Shown: one piece after another, positions 11,794 through 25,440 of the stretch
How positions within the stretch are numbered: position 1 is the first letter of the stretch
Layout: each line of letters opens with the position of its first letter
Assembly (NCBI GenBank): GCA_030390025.1
Contig: CM059433.1
Location: 12,774,001-12,838,000 of the forward strand
Direction of reading: 5' to 3'
Length of the DNA: 64,000 nt
Origin: Squalus acanthias
Taxonomy: Eukaryota
Program-made: the position numbers and the translations under genes
Notes under the pieces: generated by a model
What the model was told of the DNA's origin: nothing
The model's database searches: none
What the model saw: the letters and a program-made list of their open reading frames with translations, nothing else

Positions 11794-14081
11794 ACCCCCA
11801 CCCCACATATGACACCCTTGCCCTGCTATAAATGATATATATTTTCCTATATTTTGGACAATTTTATACATCAGAGACCAGCGGTGCTAATACTGTTGCT
11901 ATCTCAAATCTGTTCCGCTGCTTCAGACCTTGGGAACTGACTTTTAAATGTTGAATGCTTGCATTACTTTAGCTGATAGAGAGTAACGTCGCTGAGGGAC
12001 ATACACAGGGAAGGCTCTGGAGCCCCAGTGAGTTTCTCGGCAGGTTTTATAATATTTTTTATCTCAATTATTGCTGGACATCCTCAGCCACTCTAGAGGA
12101 TGGAATTTTTATGCATTCGTCATGTTCAACCAGTATGACAAGAAGTTTCAACAAGGAGAAGGAAGCTCCTATTAACCAGAATCTCCACATAAAACTGATA
12201 ACATTCTAGCTGAAATCTTGACAAGGAAACTAGAAAATGTCCTCCCAGCATACTGAAGCCAAACTGCATTGAACTGAGCCTCATTTATTGCTCATTTTAA
12301 AATTGTCTCTCTCTTCGTTTAACTGTGTTCATGCCTCTTTTCCAGTCTCTAATTCCTTCTGTTTCTCTCTCTGTTTTTCTGTTTGTGTCCCATTCTTGTT
12401 TTGTTTTTCTCTCTATGGCTCTCTCTGTGGTGTCTGTATCTCTCTGTTTACAACTCTGTAAGTTTTTCCTCCTCTTTGTTGCCTCTCTCTTCCATATGTC
12501 TTTCACACATGTCTTGACTGATATACTCAATTTTTACGTCTTAACTTTTTTTTATAGTCCAGGATACGCAGGAAAATGGGAGGCAACATCTACTGGGATT
12601 GGTGATGGGTACCAGAATTTGGTGGGAAGAGGTGCTTCAACATTTGTGAGTGAGGGAGACAGTGAGGCTGGGAGGGAATGGAGCCCATGATGGGAGGGAC
12701 AGGGTGGCTGTGGCCAAAGGGGTAAAGGATTGGGGTTAACACATGAATGAAGGGGGTGAGGGCTTGTAATGGGCCTGGGAGTAATTGGGGTTCTGGGAAT
12801 GCTAAGGTTTGGGAGCCTTATTGGGCAGTGTGTAGAAAGTGCCACAAGTGTGGGAGTATTTGCGAGATATGATTTGAGACTTTGGAGCAATTGGAAGGTC
12901 AAGCAGAGACTAGTGCGTGGGAATCAGAAGCACTTAAAGGCAGGGGATGGGTGGGGACTGGGAGCACTGAGGATATTGGAAGTTTGGAGAAATGGGGGCC
13001 ACTGGGATCAGGGGCATTTAGGCAAGTCTGAAGACTAGGAGCAATTGTGAAGGAGATTTGCTGTAGTGGAAAGTGGCTGTAGATTGTGAGCACTGGGAGG
13101 AAATGGGGTGTGGGAGCACTGGCAGGGGGAAACTGGAGTGTGGTAGTATTGCGCGGGAATGATGTCTTGCAGCAGTGGGGGTAGTGAATGGGGCCTGGCG
13201 GCACAGAAGCAAGGCTGGGAGTTGCTGCAATGAGGGAGTTGAAGTACTTGAGGGGGACATGGGAACAGGTCTGGGGCCCTCAGTACAGATCCAGGGCTGG
13301 CAGCATCCAGGAATGGTTACTGTACAAGCACCACCCATGAGTACATCAAAGGCACCAGGAGTGGAGTGGGCCAAAAGTACCATTGGTGAGTGTGGCAGAG
13401 CTGCCATACAGAGGTATTGCCTGGAAGGGTGGCAGAGGTGCTGCAAGTCCTTGGAGCACAATTGAAGCTCCACCATCATCTCTCTTGGATGGGCCAAGGG
13501 GACTGAGCTGGTAAAATGCCCCAGCCATGGATGGTGTGAATGATAAAACAGTATAAACAGCAACTATAGTCATGTGGATAGGCAGCCAACCAGCATCACC
13601 TCCTGAAGTCTTTTGAATTTTTCTAAGGTTGGTTGAATGATGGGTGTTGAGGACCTATAGATATTTTAATACTTTGTAATGTAGGGTGAGGCTTGTGCTG
13701 CTTCACCTCTTCTCGGTGTTGACATACCTTTCATTTTCCAGTGAGCAGGAAGGAAGTGTGTTCCTGTTAACCTGTGAAGGATCCCGGCCCATGAAACAGT
13801 TCCTGGGAGTTGTAGCCTATTACATGGGAGGAATCCTACACACACGTAGCTTGTAACTTTATATCAGTGCTGTTACATGAGGCTTCCAAATATGAAGAGT
13901 AAGCTGACATTGAGGAGATGGTGAAAGATGTGGGGGCTGGAAAGGTTGTACCCAGAGCACAGGTTGTTAAGAAGCCAGGCAGAGTTTGTGGAAGTGGGGG
14001 AGAAAGTTATAGCAGGGAAGGTTATGGTGAGTGTGTGATTTTTCTTTTCCTGTAATATTCAATTTTTTGTGTGTAACTTAA

Positions 14082-14541
14082 CATAGATACATAGATACAT
14101 AGAAGATAGGAGCAGGAGTAGGCCATCCGGCCCTTCGAGCCTGCTCCGCCATTTAATGAGATCATGGCTGATCCTCCAATTCAGTATCCCGTCCCCGCCT
14201 TCTCTCCGTAACCCTTAACCCCTTTTGCCTGTAGAAATACATCTAATTCCCTCTTAAATATATTTAATGAGCTGGCGTACACTGCCCTCTGTGGCAATGA
14301 GTTCCACAGGTTCACCACCTTCTGAGTGAAGAAATTCCCCCTCATTTCTGTCCTAAATGGTTTAGCCCTTATCCTTAAATTATGTCCTCTAGTTCTGTTC
14401 TCACCCGCCAAGGGAAACATTCCTTCTGCATCTAGTCTGTCTAGACCTGTCAGAATTTTATACACTTCTATGAGGTCCCCTCTCAATCTTCTAAACTCCA
14501 GTGTGTACATCCCTAAACTACATAGTCTCTCCTCATAGGTC
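14082..14541 (-). mobile_element. CR1 3' fragment
   Basis: ORF 14181-14573(-) contains YEERL..LEFRRLRGDLIEVYKI..NFFTQKVVNLWNSLP. 8-mer tail repeat (ACATAGAT)n. Confidence 0.92.
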
Positions 14542-14807
14542 AATAAAGCTTTTATTTTTAAAGGTGGGGTCATTGGTTGCCTTTGTGCTGCTTGCTAGTT
14601 TTCAGGGCTTTTTAACACAAAAATGTTTATTTGTTACTGTTTATTGGTGCTTTTTTTTTGCAGCTCACCAATATGCTTTCCAATTGGTAGTATTGTTGCT
14701 TGTGAGCATAAGAAAATCAGCACTGTTCAGTTAACTCTGATTTGTTGATCTTTATTACTTTTTGGCCAATCAGGAATTTTGGCCTACAGAAACTTTCCAT
14801 ATGTAAT

Positions 14808-15573
14808 GGCCCGTATTTTCCGATCCCTACGGGTGGGTGCGAGCTGTGTACACACCCGTAGGGACATTGGAAATGCCGGTTTCAGGCAAGCGAAGCGCAT
14901 GCGCTGAAAACCGGCATTTCCGATCTGTCAAGAATGCTCTTGACAGATCGCACGCCTGCCCTGGAGAAGGGCCTCTGCGGGGGGAGAGTTCCGCTTTCTG
15001 GAGACCCTCCGCCCGCTGAAATCACTTAAAAATCGTACGCCTGGTAAAAGCCTGGCGTAAGGCCTGCTTTTACCAGCATAAGAGTTTAAAAAAATTAAAA
15101 ATATTTCTTTTCCACTCATTTATAATTTAAAAATACTTTTAAAAAAAGGTAAGCTTATTTTTAGCCCTGTAAAAAACTTTAATTATTTTTTTCAAAAAAT
15201 TAAATTTTTGCTTAAAATATTTAATTTAATGTAATTTTAACTCATTTTAAAACCGTGATGGTTTTTTAAAAAACATTTATTTAATGTTTTACTGTGTTTT
15301 TGGGGTGATCCCCATTCATATATTTGACAGGTCTGTCTGTCAAAAGTATGAAGGGAGATTCCCTTCTCCTATTGGCTGGCCTGGCCCACGTGATCCCAGT
15401 GACGCTTGTGAACCGCCTGCGCTCCTGGGATACGTGGGCCCTGCGCATTTTGACTGTGGAGAGGCCCAGGATCGGAAGTGTCCGGACCTCGGGAGCCCTC
15501 AGGTAAGAGCGTAGATTTTTTTCCGATAGGAGGCATCCGCACGCGGGAAGCCTCCTATCAGAAATTACGGGCC
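14808..15573. mobile_element. Harbinger-type MITE, family M1, copy 1
   Basis: TIR GGCCCGTATTTTC / GAAATTACGGGCC. Flanks AAT / ATT. Collinear along its full length with 49131-49885. Confidence 0.88.
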
Positions 15574-15744
15574 ATTACTTGCATGTGTGATGGGCACTTT
15601 GCAGACATGATGCTGTGAGTTACTTCCACTGTGAGGGAAACACGCTAGACACAAGACGTTTAATTCTACACTACTACGTCGCCTGTGTTGTTGCGCACAT
15701 GATTTACTAGCTTATAATAAAACTAGTTTATCATATAAGAAAAT

Positions 15745-16381
15745 GGCCCTGAATAACTGCAGGGGCAGGAGCACAGTCCCAGTGTACGTCAGTTCAGAGT
15801 GCAGCACAGCCCTAGGGAAATCGGGTGGGATTTGGGTACGCTAAGAACACTGGGTCTCAGTCCAGGTTGCTAATTTCCGACTGGGCCGATTGGGATGGAA
15901 CATCTGGCTGCCCCAAACATAGCCTATTACATCATAGGGGCTGGGGTTGGGGGAGGACTTGCCCACAGCAAAAATTTCCTTGGTCTTGGCCTCTCTGTTG
16001 GCTGTCGTTTGAACCCAGCGTGTAAATTGTTTGAGGGGGTGCAAGTGGGGCCCACATGGGGATTTGGGCCTTGATCCTTCAGATCACCAGCAGCTTGAAT
16101 ATTATTGGCCCCCCCTTATAAAAGAGGCCAATTAGGCAGCAAAAAAAGACTATGCACACGTGACCCAAAGAGTGACATGCCTGCGCCGTTCCTTCCATTC
16201 TTCTCCTCTCTGGCGAGTTCCCAAGATACGCCCATAGTGCCGTGGGCACCCACCACTTCAATGCAAATTAGGTGACCCTACTGTGACCCCAGATACTCTT
16301 GACAGGGTCAGCTGCGGAGGTCACTAGCACTTGCCCCACAGCTCTTTTGCTGGTGGAATGGCGGCAAGGATTTTTGGCCCC
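15745..16381. mobile_element. Probable decayed Harbinger-type MITE
   Basis: GC-rich block starting GGCCCTGAAT and ending ATTTTTGGCCCC, with AAT on both sides. Confidence 0.5.
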
Positions 16382-18974
16382 AATGTATAAAGTTGATCTC
16401 CTGTGATGATTGTTCATTGACAACAGTAAAATGTCTATCTTTCTGTAGCTGCTTTGTTCCGGCTCTCTGTCCTGGTCTTCCCTTCTGATAATAGAACATG
16501 ATAACATTTCTAAGACAGACTCCTGAGTACAAGTACCCTACAAGTAATCTCTTTCCAACATAAAAGATTTTCTTTTATGGCTTCCTGGTCTGATCCAGGT
16601 ATCTGTCATGTACTACATTCTCTATTCATGATTCTTTAACTTTCATGTTAATATTCATTGTAGAACTATGTCAAATAGGTCTCTTAAATCTCTCTCTCTC
16701 TCTTTCTCTCTCTTTCTGGCTGTCACACACTTTTCTCATTGCAGTGTCTATTACTGTGTTGACACTTTTTCTCATTGTTTGTCTCACTCATTCTGTGATA
16801 CTCTCCCGCCTCAGTGTCCTCTCTCTCCCGTACATCTCCAAGATGGCTCTCACACATGTTCCTTTACTAACATACACAAAAGGGCTGATTTTATGCCACC
16901 CCAGAAAAGAGCTTCTCCCACTGCCTGTGCATATCGGGAAATTGCGGACATTTAGTTTTATTTGGTTGGAAAATTGTGGGAAACATACATGCAATTTCCT
17001 GATATGTGTGTCTCGCAGATGGGGTTCCCTGCTCGTAATGCATATTCTAAAATTGACCCTAATATTTCTCTGTTATATGGACTGCTCCTGAGTGAGGCGA
17101 AGTCCTATTCAGTTGGTAAGTACCAATGAGGAATGAGTATTAACATTCGATTCATTGATATTTAGTCAGTTGGATATTTGATTGTCAACACATAAGTCCT
17201 TGTTTCACTAACTATTGCCTACGCATGTATAGTGCTTTGAGATGTAATGTCCTAAGATGTAACACCCTGATATGCGATAGGGTGAAGTGTAACACTTAGA
17301 GGTATAATGTCTTTGAGAAGTGTGACGCAATAGATGCATGCTAGTTGCAAAACTTTTACTTATATAGATTAATAATCCCTGTTCAGTGTTGAGTACAAAA
17401 GGGGATAAATTCCTCTTACAGCAGAAATAAGAGTTAAATGAGTTACTTTTTTAATGCACTCATAGGAACACGCAGGTTTACTTTGTGCATTTTTGAATCT
17501 TGAATATGTTAAAATTAGTGCATAACTGAGTGGCAAATCTAAACACGCCTGCAATAATACTGCTCCGCTAACTAACCAGGCACTTAACCAGTAAAAGTAG
17601 TATACTGTGGGGCAGTCCAGCTGTGGAACACACAACTAACGGGCAACAAAGAAGAACGCAGCAGGTGAAAACCAGAATCAGCAAAAAAACAATCTCCAAG
17701 TGATAATAGATGCCGTGCGGATATGGAGCAGTTCTCTGTGTGTGGTGCACAAGGCAAAGATGGGAGGCCATCGATCTGGATGTCAATGAGGGTTCATGTA
17801 CTTAGCAAGGCTGGAGAAGTATCCACCAGAACGCGTCAGCCTTGAAGAAAAGTTCCAAGGTGAGAAATGAGGATAACCATGACTAACCATCTGCAATACC
17901 GTATATGTAGGAAGCCATTTTATACTAATCAAAGTAAGTTGCAAGTGTCAGGCGAATTTGCTCGAGTACCTTAGTATGCTTTTTTCAGTCCAACTGATTT
18001 AGTAACCTGTTACAGTTTCAACGCAAAGGGAAGTAATGGTTGAGAACTACTAGTACACCGGGTCAAAATGAATCAAATAAAAAAGTTGTAGATAAAAAAA
18101 GATTGAAGACAGGCTATTATTATTCACATACAACTGCTAAATATAACAAATTCAATCAACTCAAACGTTCTGTAGACAACGTACTTTACAATTAGGTAAG
18201 CTATGCATATACCACTAAACCTATGTTGTAGTTTAAGATACTTAATACAAAATTTCTGCTCATTCAATGCATTTTTCCTTCTTACAGAAAATGGCAGCAT
18301 ACAACAGAAGGCACTGAGCACAGGTAGGCAGTGGGTTTCAGCAGGTCAAACTCCTCATCCCAATAATGGAGGTCATTGGCTGGAAGGCAGTCTATGGTCA
18401 GTCTAGCTCTGGTGCCAGCTGATCTCCCTGGCATCCTTTCTTTGATCTTTGTTTTCAAGCATGAAAACCTATGCTGTGGGAGCTTTGAAAGCAAAGCTCA
18501 AATTCATGGAAAAATGTTTTTTTTTTTAAAAAAAGCCTCCATAAGAGTTTTGCTACCCACGAGCGATAATGCTGCTGTTTTTTTTAGTGACTGCTTTCAG
18601 TGGGTGGATTTACAGAAGATGTAAATCAGAAAATGTTATGAGTGGTGTTCCAGCCAGATTGGTGAGTCCTGATTTTTCGATCTTTGCTTGCCCATTTTAG
18701 CACCAGATCTTTGCAAGCTATGCAGTCGCACATTTTTTTTTAAAAAAAGGCTAACCTCTCACGAGGGTTCAGCCTCATTATTTATTGATTGGCAAACTCC
18801 CATCCTGGACCTGGACTAAGCCGGGTGTTGGGAGCTTGCTTAATGTGGAATTTCCTGTGCAGTGGCAGCTCTTGAAGGGATTCCGCTGCGACTTAATCTA
18901 GTAATTTTGGGGCAGGCAGAAAATTGTAGGGACAGAAAGTTTGGCTCATTGGGGCATGGTGTTGCTGAAAACTA

Positions 18975-19165
18975 CCATTGACTATTGCAGCAGTGAAGGT
19001 GATCCTACCCCATGTGGAAGAAAGGAGCGTTGTCCTTTTTGGAGCAGAAGGTGTGAGCCATCTACACACCACAAAAGGGTCTCCATGGTACAATTGGACA
19101 ATCTCTACAGAAGAACACAAACTGATGAGGGAGAAATTTATTAGCCTCAGGAAAATTGCCATGGT
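18975..19165 (+). pseudogene. Decayed Myb/SANT-like segment of a Harbinger element
   Basis: AAVKVILPHVEERSVVLFG...W...REKFISLRK resembles the L..VE.R..VLFG...W...RKKF.DL trihelix pattern. It ends at a GGTAAG donor-like site and converges on the transposase remnant at 19445-19900. Confidence 0.5.
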
Positions 19166-19444
19166 AAGGCTCCCCACCATTAGAATGCTGGCTGCAAGAC
19201 ACCACTTCAAAAACAAAGCCTACACGGCAATATCCTGAGCAGCGTGGTGTTTTGCTGCAATCAGTGAGTGAGTAGGGGGGGCGGGAGGGCGGCGGGGGGA
19301 AGAGAAAAAATAATAGGAAAAGGATGGCATTAGCCCTGAGCTTGGGAAATTACTTTTGTCTAAAAATGCTTAAAAACACTCCAGCCTTGACACTTGCACT
19401 CAAGTGCTGGGCTCCACGAACAGGAAGGTGAGATTTAACTCGCA

Positions 19445-19900
19445 TTATTCTGTGCATATGATCATGAAGGTCATCGGCTTTGGTGTAGGGAACCAGCTGA
19501 CTTTTTGAATGGCATCAATAATACCCTGCACTTTGGGGAATATTGACTTGCAGAAAAAGTGGAATGTCCCCTCATGCTGTTGGTGGCATTCTGTGGAAAA
19601 ATTATGAATGACCAAACACAAGTCACCTGCGTTGGTGATTGACTGACAGACATGTCCTATATCCTCAGAGCTAGCTTGGAGGGCTACGGGCAACTTCACA
19701 TCCACAGAGCAGAATCATCCCTGTGGTCAATCATGCATGAGGTTCAGGCTTGAGGATGCAGCATAACTCCATCACTGCCTCCCCCATTGAAATGCAACCA
19801 GCGAAACCAGATCTCCTTGGTCACCTGCGGTTAGCTGTGTCTGGATCTGTAGACATGACTGTTTGGGTAAAGGTGGGTGTGACCCATTCACCTCTGGTGT
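19445..19900 (-). pseudogene. Decayed Harbinger (HARBI1-like) transposase, N-terminal part
   Basis: Manual translation across frameshifts gives HVYRSRHS*..WLHF..EAVMELCCILKP...VKLPVAL...FPKVQGIIDAI. This matches the RVYR..LRF..ELC..VKVTVAL..FP.VQG.ID order of HARBI1-family transposases. Confidence 0.75.
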
Positions 19901-20790
19901 CAACAGACCTGCCTGTCATCCCTGCTCACATTCTCCTGTTCCTCTTTCAAAACAATCAGAGAGAGAGGAACACCCAGAGGAATTCCCAATTTCTACATTT
20001 TGGTAGCAGCAACTGAAAGTTGACCTCTTAGACATCCAGAAAAGGAAAAGGAACAGGAAAACAAAAAAAATGCAACACAAAATTCCAGCGTATCGTTAAG
20101 ATCTCAATTGATCAAAGGTCAAAATGTGTATTCCCAGCATTGTCCATTTTATATTGGCTCGATCAGCACACAACATGTTGCTGACAAGAAATTTGGGAAA
20201 TGCCACCTTCAGGTAATTTGAATATATTTTAATAAATGTCAGACTTTTAATGAAGCTCTTGCACATTTCATGTGAGAGAGTACACTAGTGCACATTTCAG
20301 ATCTCAGGGGAAGTGACACTCACTGTATGTCAGGCAGGGAAAGAGCAAAAAGGGTTCCTGTCTGATTCTCCGGCCTGTTTTTGCAAGTTCTGTGGTGTTA
20401 GAACGCAGCCCCTGAATCGGAAAATCGGCTCGAGAATAACTTCTCAAAAATGGAGCATATTTTTGGAGACTGTCTTTATTATATTTTGATGGAAAGCTTT
20501 TAGGCCCAAGATCATACTTGACTCAAGAGTTTCAACGCCGAGTTATGTCTACAGCGGAGGTCGGAGTCTCAAGTGGCTCTTAGCATTTCCCTGATCTGAA
20601 GGAGAGATCCTTCGAGTGATCAGGGATTTCCTGCTCTAAGCTTTTATTCTCAGAGGAGTAAAGCTTTAAGAAGAAGGGGAAAAGTTTCTGATTAACGATG
20701 GCAGACATAGGAGACCAAGGCATCAGCGGACTAATTTTGGATGTACTTTTGCTATTAATTTGCTAGCTGTGAGCTGAGCCTAAAAAATTT

Positions 20791-21438
20791 CGCCTTTATT
20801 GCAAGGGGGTTGGAGTATAAGAGTAAGGAAGTCTTGCTAAAATTATATAGGGCTTTGGTGAGACCACACCTGGAGTACTGTGTACAGTTTTGGTCTCCTT
20901 ACTTAAGGAAGGATAAAGGATATAGTTGCCTTAGAGGGGTTGCAATGAAGGTTCAGTAGGCTGGTTCCTGGGATGAGAGGGCAGTCCTATGAGGAGAGAT
21001 TGAGTAGAATGGGCCTATATTCTCTGGAGTTTAGAAGAATGAGAGGTGATCCCATTGAAACGTATAAAATTCTTAGAGGGCTTGATAGGGCAGATGCTGA
21101 GAGGCTGTTTCCCCTGGCTGGAGAGTCTAGAACCAGGGGGTCATAGTCTCAGAATAAGGGCTCGGCCATTTAGGACTGAGAGGAGGAGAAACTTCTTCAC
21201 TCAGAGGGTTGTGAATCTTTAGAATTCTCTACCCCAGAGGGCTGTGGATGCTCAGTCGATGAGTATATTCAAGACAGAGATTGATAGGTTTTTAGGCACT
21301 AAGGGAATCAAGGAATATGAGGATAGGGTGGGAAAGTGGAGTTGATGTAGAAGATCAGCCATGATCTTATTGAATGGCGGAGCAGGCTCGAGGGGCCGTA
21401 TGGCCTACTCCTGCTCCTATTTCTTACGTTCCTATGTC
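20791..21438 (+). mobile_element. CR1 3' fragment
   Basis: LEYKSKEVLL..LVRPHLEYCVQFWSP through the 3'UTR and TTCTTA tail, with frameshifts. Confidence 0.92.
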
Positions 21439-21768
21439 CCAGAAAATTCCCTTACTCATAATATCTGGCCTTGGTATAACATGGAAGGCAGTCAGCATAA
21501 AAGAAAACGAGGGTAAATAAATCTTAGATTAGATTAGCACTTGTTTAGTCTTGAGAGAGAGATCCCGAAAAGCAAAGTGCCCAAAATTCCAAGTTTTTGG
21601 GTGTAAAAACAGTGTCGTTCTGGCGTAGGGAACCAGAATTTGGGGTGGTTGTCACATACGTCAGAGTTTCGCCCATTCTATAATATGCATTAATTCCAGT
21701 CAAAGATGACAGAAAATAAAGCTGCTCCCAAAGTGGTATGCAAATGAAAGCATAATGAGGGCCAAGCT

Positions 21769-22389
21769 GTTGCAAGGGGGTTGGAGTATAAAAGCAGGGA
21801 AGTCCTGCTACCACTGTACAGGGTATTGGTGAGACCACACCTGGAGTACTGCGTACAGTTTTGGTCTCCTTATTTAAGGAAGGATATACTTGCATTGGAG
21901 GCAGTTCAGAGACAATTTACTCGGTTAATTCCAGAGATGAGGGGGTTGACTTATGAAGAAAGGTTGAGCCTATACTCATTGGAATTTAGAAGAATGAGAG
22001 GGGATCTTATTGAAACATATAAGATACTGAGGGGGCTCGACAAGGTAGATGCAGAGAGGATGTTTCCCCTCGTGGGGAAATCTAGAACTCGGGGGGATAG
22101 TTTCAGAATAAAGGGTTGCCCTTTTAGAACTGAGATGAGGAGGAATTTCTTCTCTCAGAGGGTTGTAAATCTGTGGAATTCTCTGCCCCTGAGAGCTGTG
22201 GAGGCTGGTTCATTAAATACATTTAAGGTGGAGATAGACAGATTTTTGCAAGATATGGGAGTGAAGGGTTATGGGGAGCGGGCAGGGAAGTGGCTCTGAG
22301 CCCAAGATCAGCCATGATCTTATTGAATGGCGGAGCAGGCTCGAGGGGCCAAGTGGCCTATTCCTGCCCCTATTTCTTATGTTCTTATA
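21769..22389 (+). mobile_element. CR1 3' fragment (tandem to the previous one)
   Basis: ORF 21781-22299 is the CR1 ORF2 C-terminus. (TTCTTATG)n tail. Confidence 0.93.
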
Positions 22390-22509
22390 TTTCCCAGAAA
22401 CTTTGTCAGTTACACTAGAATTGCACCTGACTCAAGTTTGTAGAAAAGAAGGGTACGTTACTTTCAGTGACTGATCAAATCTGGACCTGGTTGAGTTTAC
22501 AGGTTCTGA

Positions 22510-23101
22510 GGGTTGGTTTTTCCTCCACTTAGTCCACCCCAAATAGCAATGGAAACAGCAAGAAAATGAGATGGTGAGGCTTACTGCCATCATCCCCATC
22601 CTGACCTTCAGTTTCCTTCCTCCTCCCCCATTGAGACGGCTGCCAGCTCTCCCTTCCCTGCAGGGCCTGGCAAACTGTCTCATTTCCCAGCCTCTGCCTT
22701 TACCCAGGGACTGCCAGTATGGGGGTGGTAGTAATTCCTGGGCCGTGTTGGAAGGCCTCCTGATGGCCCTTTTGGTGAGGAAGAGGACTCGGGCCTTTAC
22801 CATTTTGGGCCTCGGCCAAAACTACAGGCCCCTTCTTGGTCTTCAGGGCTCTTCCTGCTCTGTCTAACGTGTCCTATCTCATTGGGCACTGCAGAAGCAG
22901 TCCCAATGCAAGACTGCTGGAGTGTTCCTCAGGGACAATGGTGTGCCCCCTGCCTGCTGGTGGGGGATCCTGCCAGGAGCCCGCTTTGCACACATAGTGA
23001 CCCTTGACCCAGGAAACTGGGCCGGGGTCATGGAAGGGTGGGAGAGGAGGCTGATGTTTCGCTCCAACCCTCTTGGGGGTAGGAAGCGTAAAGTCCAGGC
23101 C
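22510..23101. mobile_element. Probable Harbinger-type MITE
   Basis: GC-rich block with ends GGGTTGGTTTTT / AAAGTCCAGGCC and TGA on both flanks. Confidence 0.5.
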
Positions 23102-23284
23102 TGAAAATCCACAAACTTTGTCTGCAACATTAGCTTTGACTGAAGCGATTAGAAAAATCTTTGATCAGCCGTGCTGTGAAGAAAGGATTCTCCAAACTGT
23201 CGTTTCGCATTTTCAGGCAGGAAAATTGATTGCTTGCCACCCTTCTGTCATGCAGCCCACATCAGGCATTCCCATATATCTCCT

Positions 23285-23520
23285 TATAATGCAGCCAGAA
23301 GAGGAGCAGGTGGAAGATGAAGAGAGAAAAAAGTAGGATAAGGCACCAAAGGAAAAGACCAACTAGGAAGGATGCTTTCCCCAGAGTCTATAACTACACC
23401 ACTCCCCTCAATTATGTTTCTGTAGACATCTGCTTAAGGAGGCACTGGTTCAGTTAAGAGATAGAGAAGGAACTCTGCTTCCCATTTCAAGCTGACCTCC
23501 AAGCATCCCCTCAAACACAA
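23285..23520 (+). pseudogene. Decayed Harbinger transposase N-terminus
   Basis: Acidic/basic leader, then FPRVYNY...ICLRRHWFS*EIEKELCFPFQADLQ, matching the PRVY...CLRRLRFS....ELC.LLQ.DL pattern. Confidence 0.7.
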
Positions 23521-25076
23521 ACAACCAAAGATTAGGACACTGGTCTTCATATCACAATGATAGTCGATCTCCGGTGAGGATGCACACAGGAAATAAGGGA
23601 ATGTGGTCGCCTGCCTCGGCTGTCTTCATGTTGGTGGTTTCTCGGTTTGTTCTCTTTTGGTTCGGTCGATCTGCCTCACACTTTTACTCTTCCCTTCCGC
23701 TTCTCTCCCCTAACTCTTTTTGCTTTCTTCCTGCCTTCTTCTGCTTCTCTCTCTCTTCTTTCCTTTCAGGTAGGAGGTGATGGGTGGAATTGTGGCTGTA
23801 GTGGCAACAGGAGTCACCGACGGCTTCAGGCTACGTTTGGGTGGGGGTTGTGGGAAAAACGTGGCCCTCAGTGCCTCCCTTCCCATTCCCTCTATCAATC
23901 ACTTGTATTTCCCGACCCTCTCACTCCCTTTGCGTTCCTTATCCCTTGACCTTTTCACTACCCCTTCCCCTTCCTATCACACTTTTGCTCCAGTCACAAG
24001 CCCTACTCACTTCCTCTGCTGTCACTTACTTCGCCATTAACCCACCACCCGCTCCTAGACTGCCTAAAGGTAAGTAGTAAGAGGCCAGAAGCCCCCTCAT
24101 CCTCAACCACTTATCCATCTCCCCTCCCATCTTTCCTATCTGCTTTCCTGATAAAAGTTTTACTTGCTTTCAAAGCTCAACTTTAAAAAAAAATCAAACT
24201 AGAATGATGAAACAAAGTGCATTTCTCTCTTTTTTTTGTCTTTCTCTGTGTCTCTCTCTCAACTGATCTCCTTTCTTTCAATCCCTCTCAACCAATTTCT
24301 CTCAACCCCCCCTCTCAAACTCCCATCCTTTTCTCTCACAATCCCCTCTCTTTCTCTACCTTCTCTCTCTGCCCACCTCTCTATCTCAACTCTCTCTCTC
24401 CCCCTATCCCCTCCTCCGCTTTCTTTCTACCTTCCCGATTTTATTTCTCTATTTAAAAAAATCAAATTGGATTGAGCAAATTGATGCTGGATCTGTTTTA
24501 CTGGTGTTAAATGGGCACCTGAGCATTTAATATGGTGGGTGAGGCGCGCCCATATTCTGTGCCGGAAGTGTGCCACATAAAGGCTAGAGTATAGGTGTCC
24601 AGGGTCCGTGCCTGAAACGGGCGCTAGGCCCTCTGCATATGCAAATAGGGGGCCTCACGTCTGTTTCAGGAACCCTTCCAGAAACTGGGCTGCTCTGAAT
24701 GCAGTCAGGTCTACATGCGGCCTAAACAGCTGTCCATAAAGGGACCCTTGGAGGCCACCACCAAAAACGTAATAGGAAAATTAAAATACATAACCGAATG
24801 TGGAGCCAGGAGGAACAGGAGTCCTTCCAGCTCCACGGCAGTCCCAAAGACTGTTGCCAGCCCCATACCAATCGCCTCCCGATCACCATGCTCCTCTCCT
24901 GATCGCCTCCCCCTTCCACCGATCGCCTCTTTCCCCACCCCGCAGAACCTACCTGAGGGCCACTGCAAGCGACGCAGCGGACCAAAATTTAAATCCGCTT
25001 AGCCGTCTAATTTAAATGTAATACCCGTTTCGCGTGCCCAGTTCGGCAGGATCTAATTTCACCCCCAAACTGGTGC

Positions 25077-25265
25077 CTCTCTCGCTCTCGCTGTCTGTCT
25101 GTCTCTCTCTCTCGCTCGCTCTCTCTCGCACTCGCTCTCTCTCACGCTCTCTCTCTCGCTCGCTCTCTGTCTCTCTCGCTGTCTGTCTGTGTCTCTCTCT
25201 CTCTCTCGCTCTCTCTCACTTGCTCTCTCTCTGTCTGTCCGTGTCTCTCTCTCTATCTATCTCTG

Positions 25266-25296
<31 letters not shown>

Positions 25297-25407
25297 GTCT
25301 CTCTCTCTCTGTGTCTCTCTCTCGCACTGTCTGTCTCTCGCACTGTCTGTCTCTCGCTATCTCTCTCGCACTGTCTGTCTCTCTCTCGCTGTCTCTCTCT
25401 CTGTCTC

Positions 25408-25440
<33 letters not shown>

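Noticed and set aside
12560..13560. G-rich block as a gene or a defined element
   Set aside because: Only a weak hint of decayed Harbinger transposase near 13350-13500(-), with no definable termini. Not listed as a feature.
24513..25066. Additional MITE candidates (also about 10740-11040, 21578-21763 and 38300-39050)
   Set aside because: MITE-like composition, but only one convincing TIR-like end or very weak TIR pairing, so boundaries cannot be supported.
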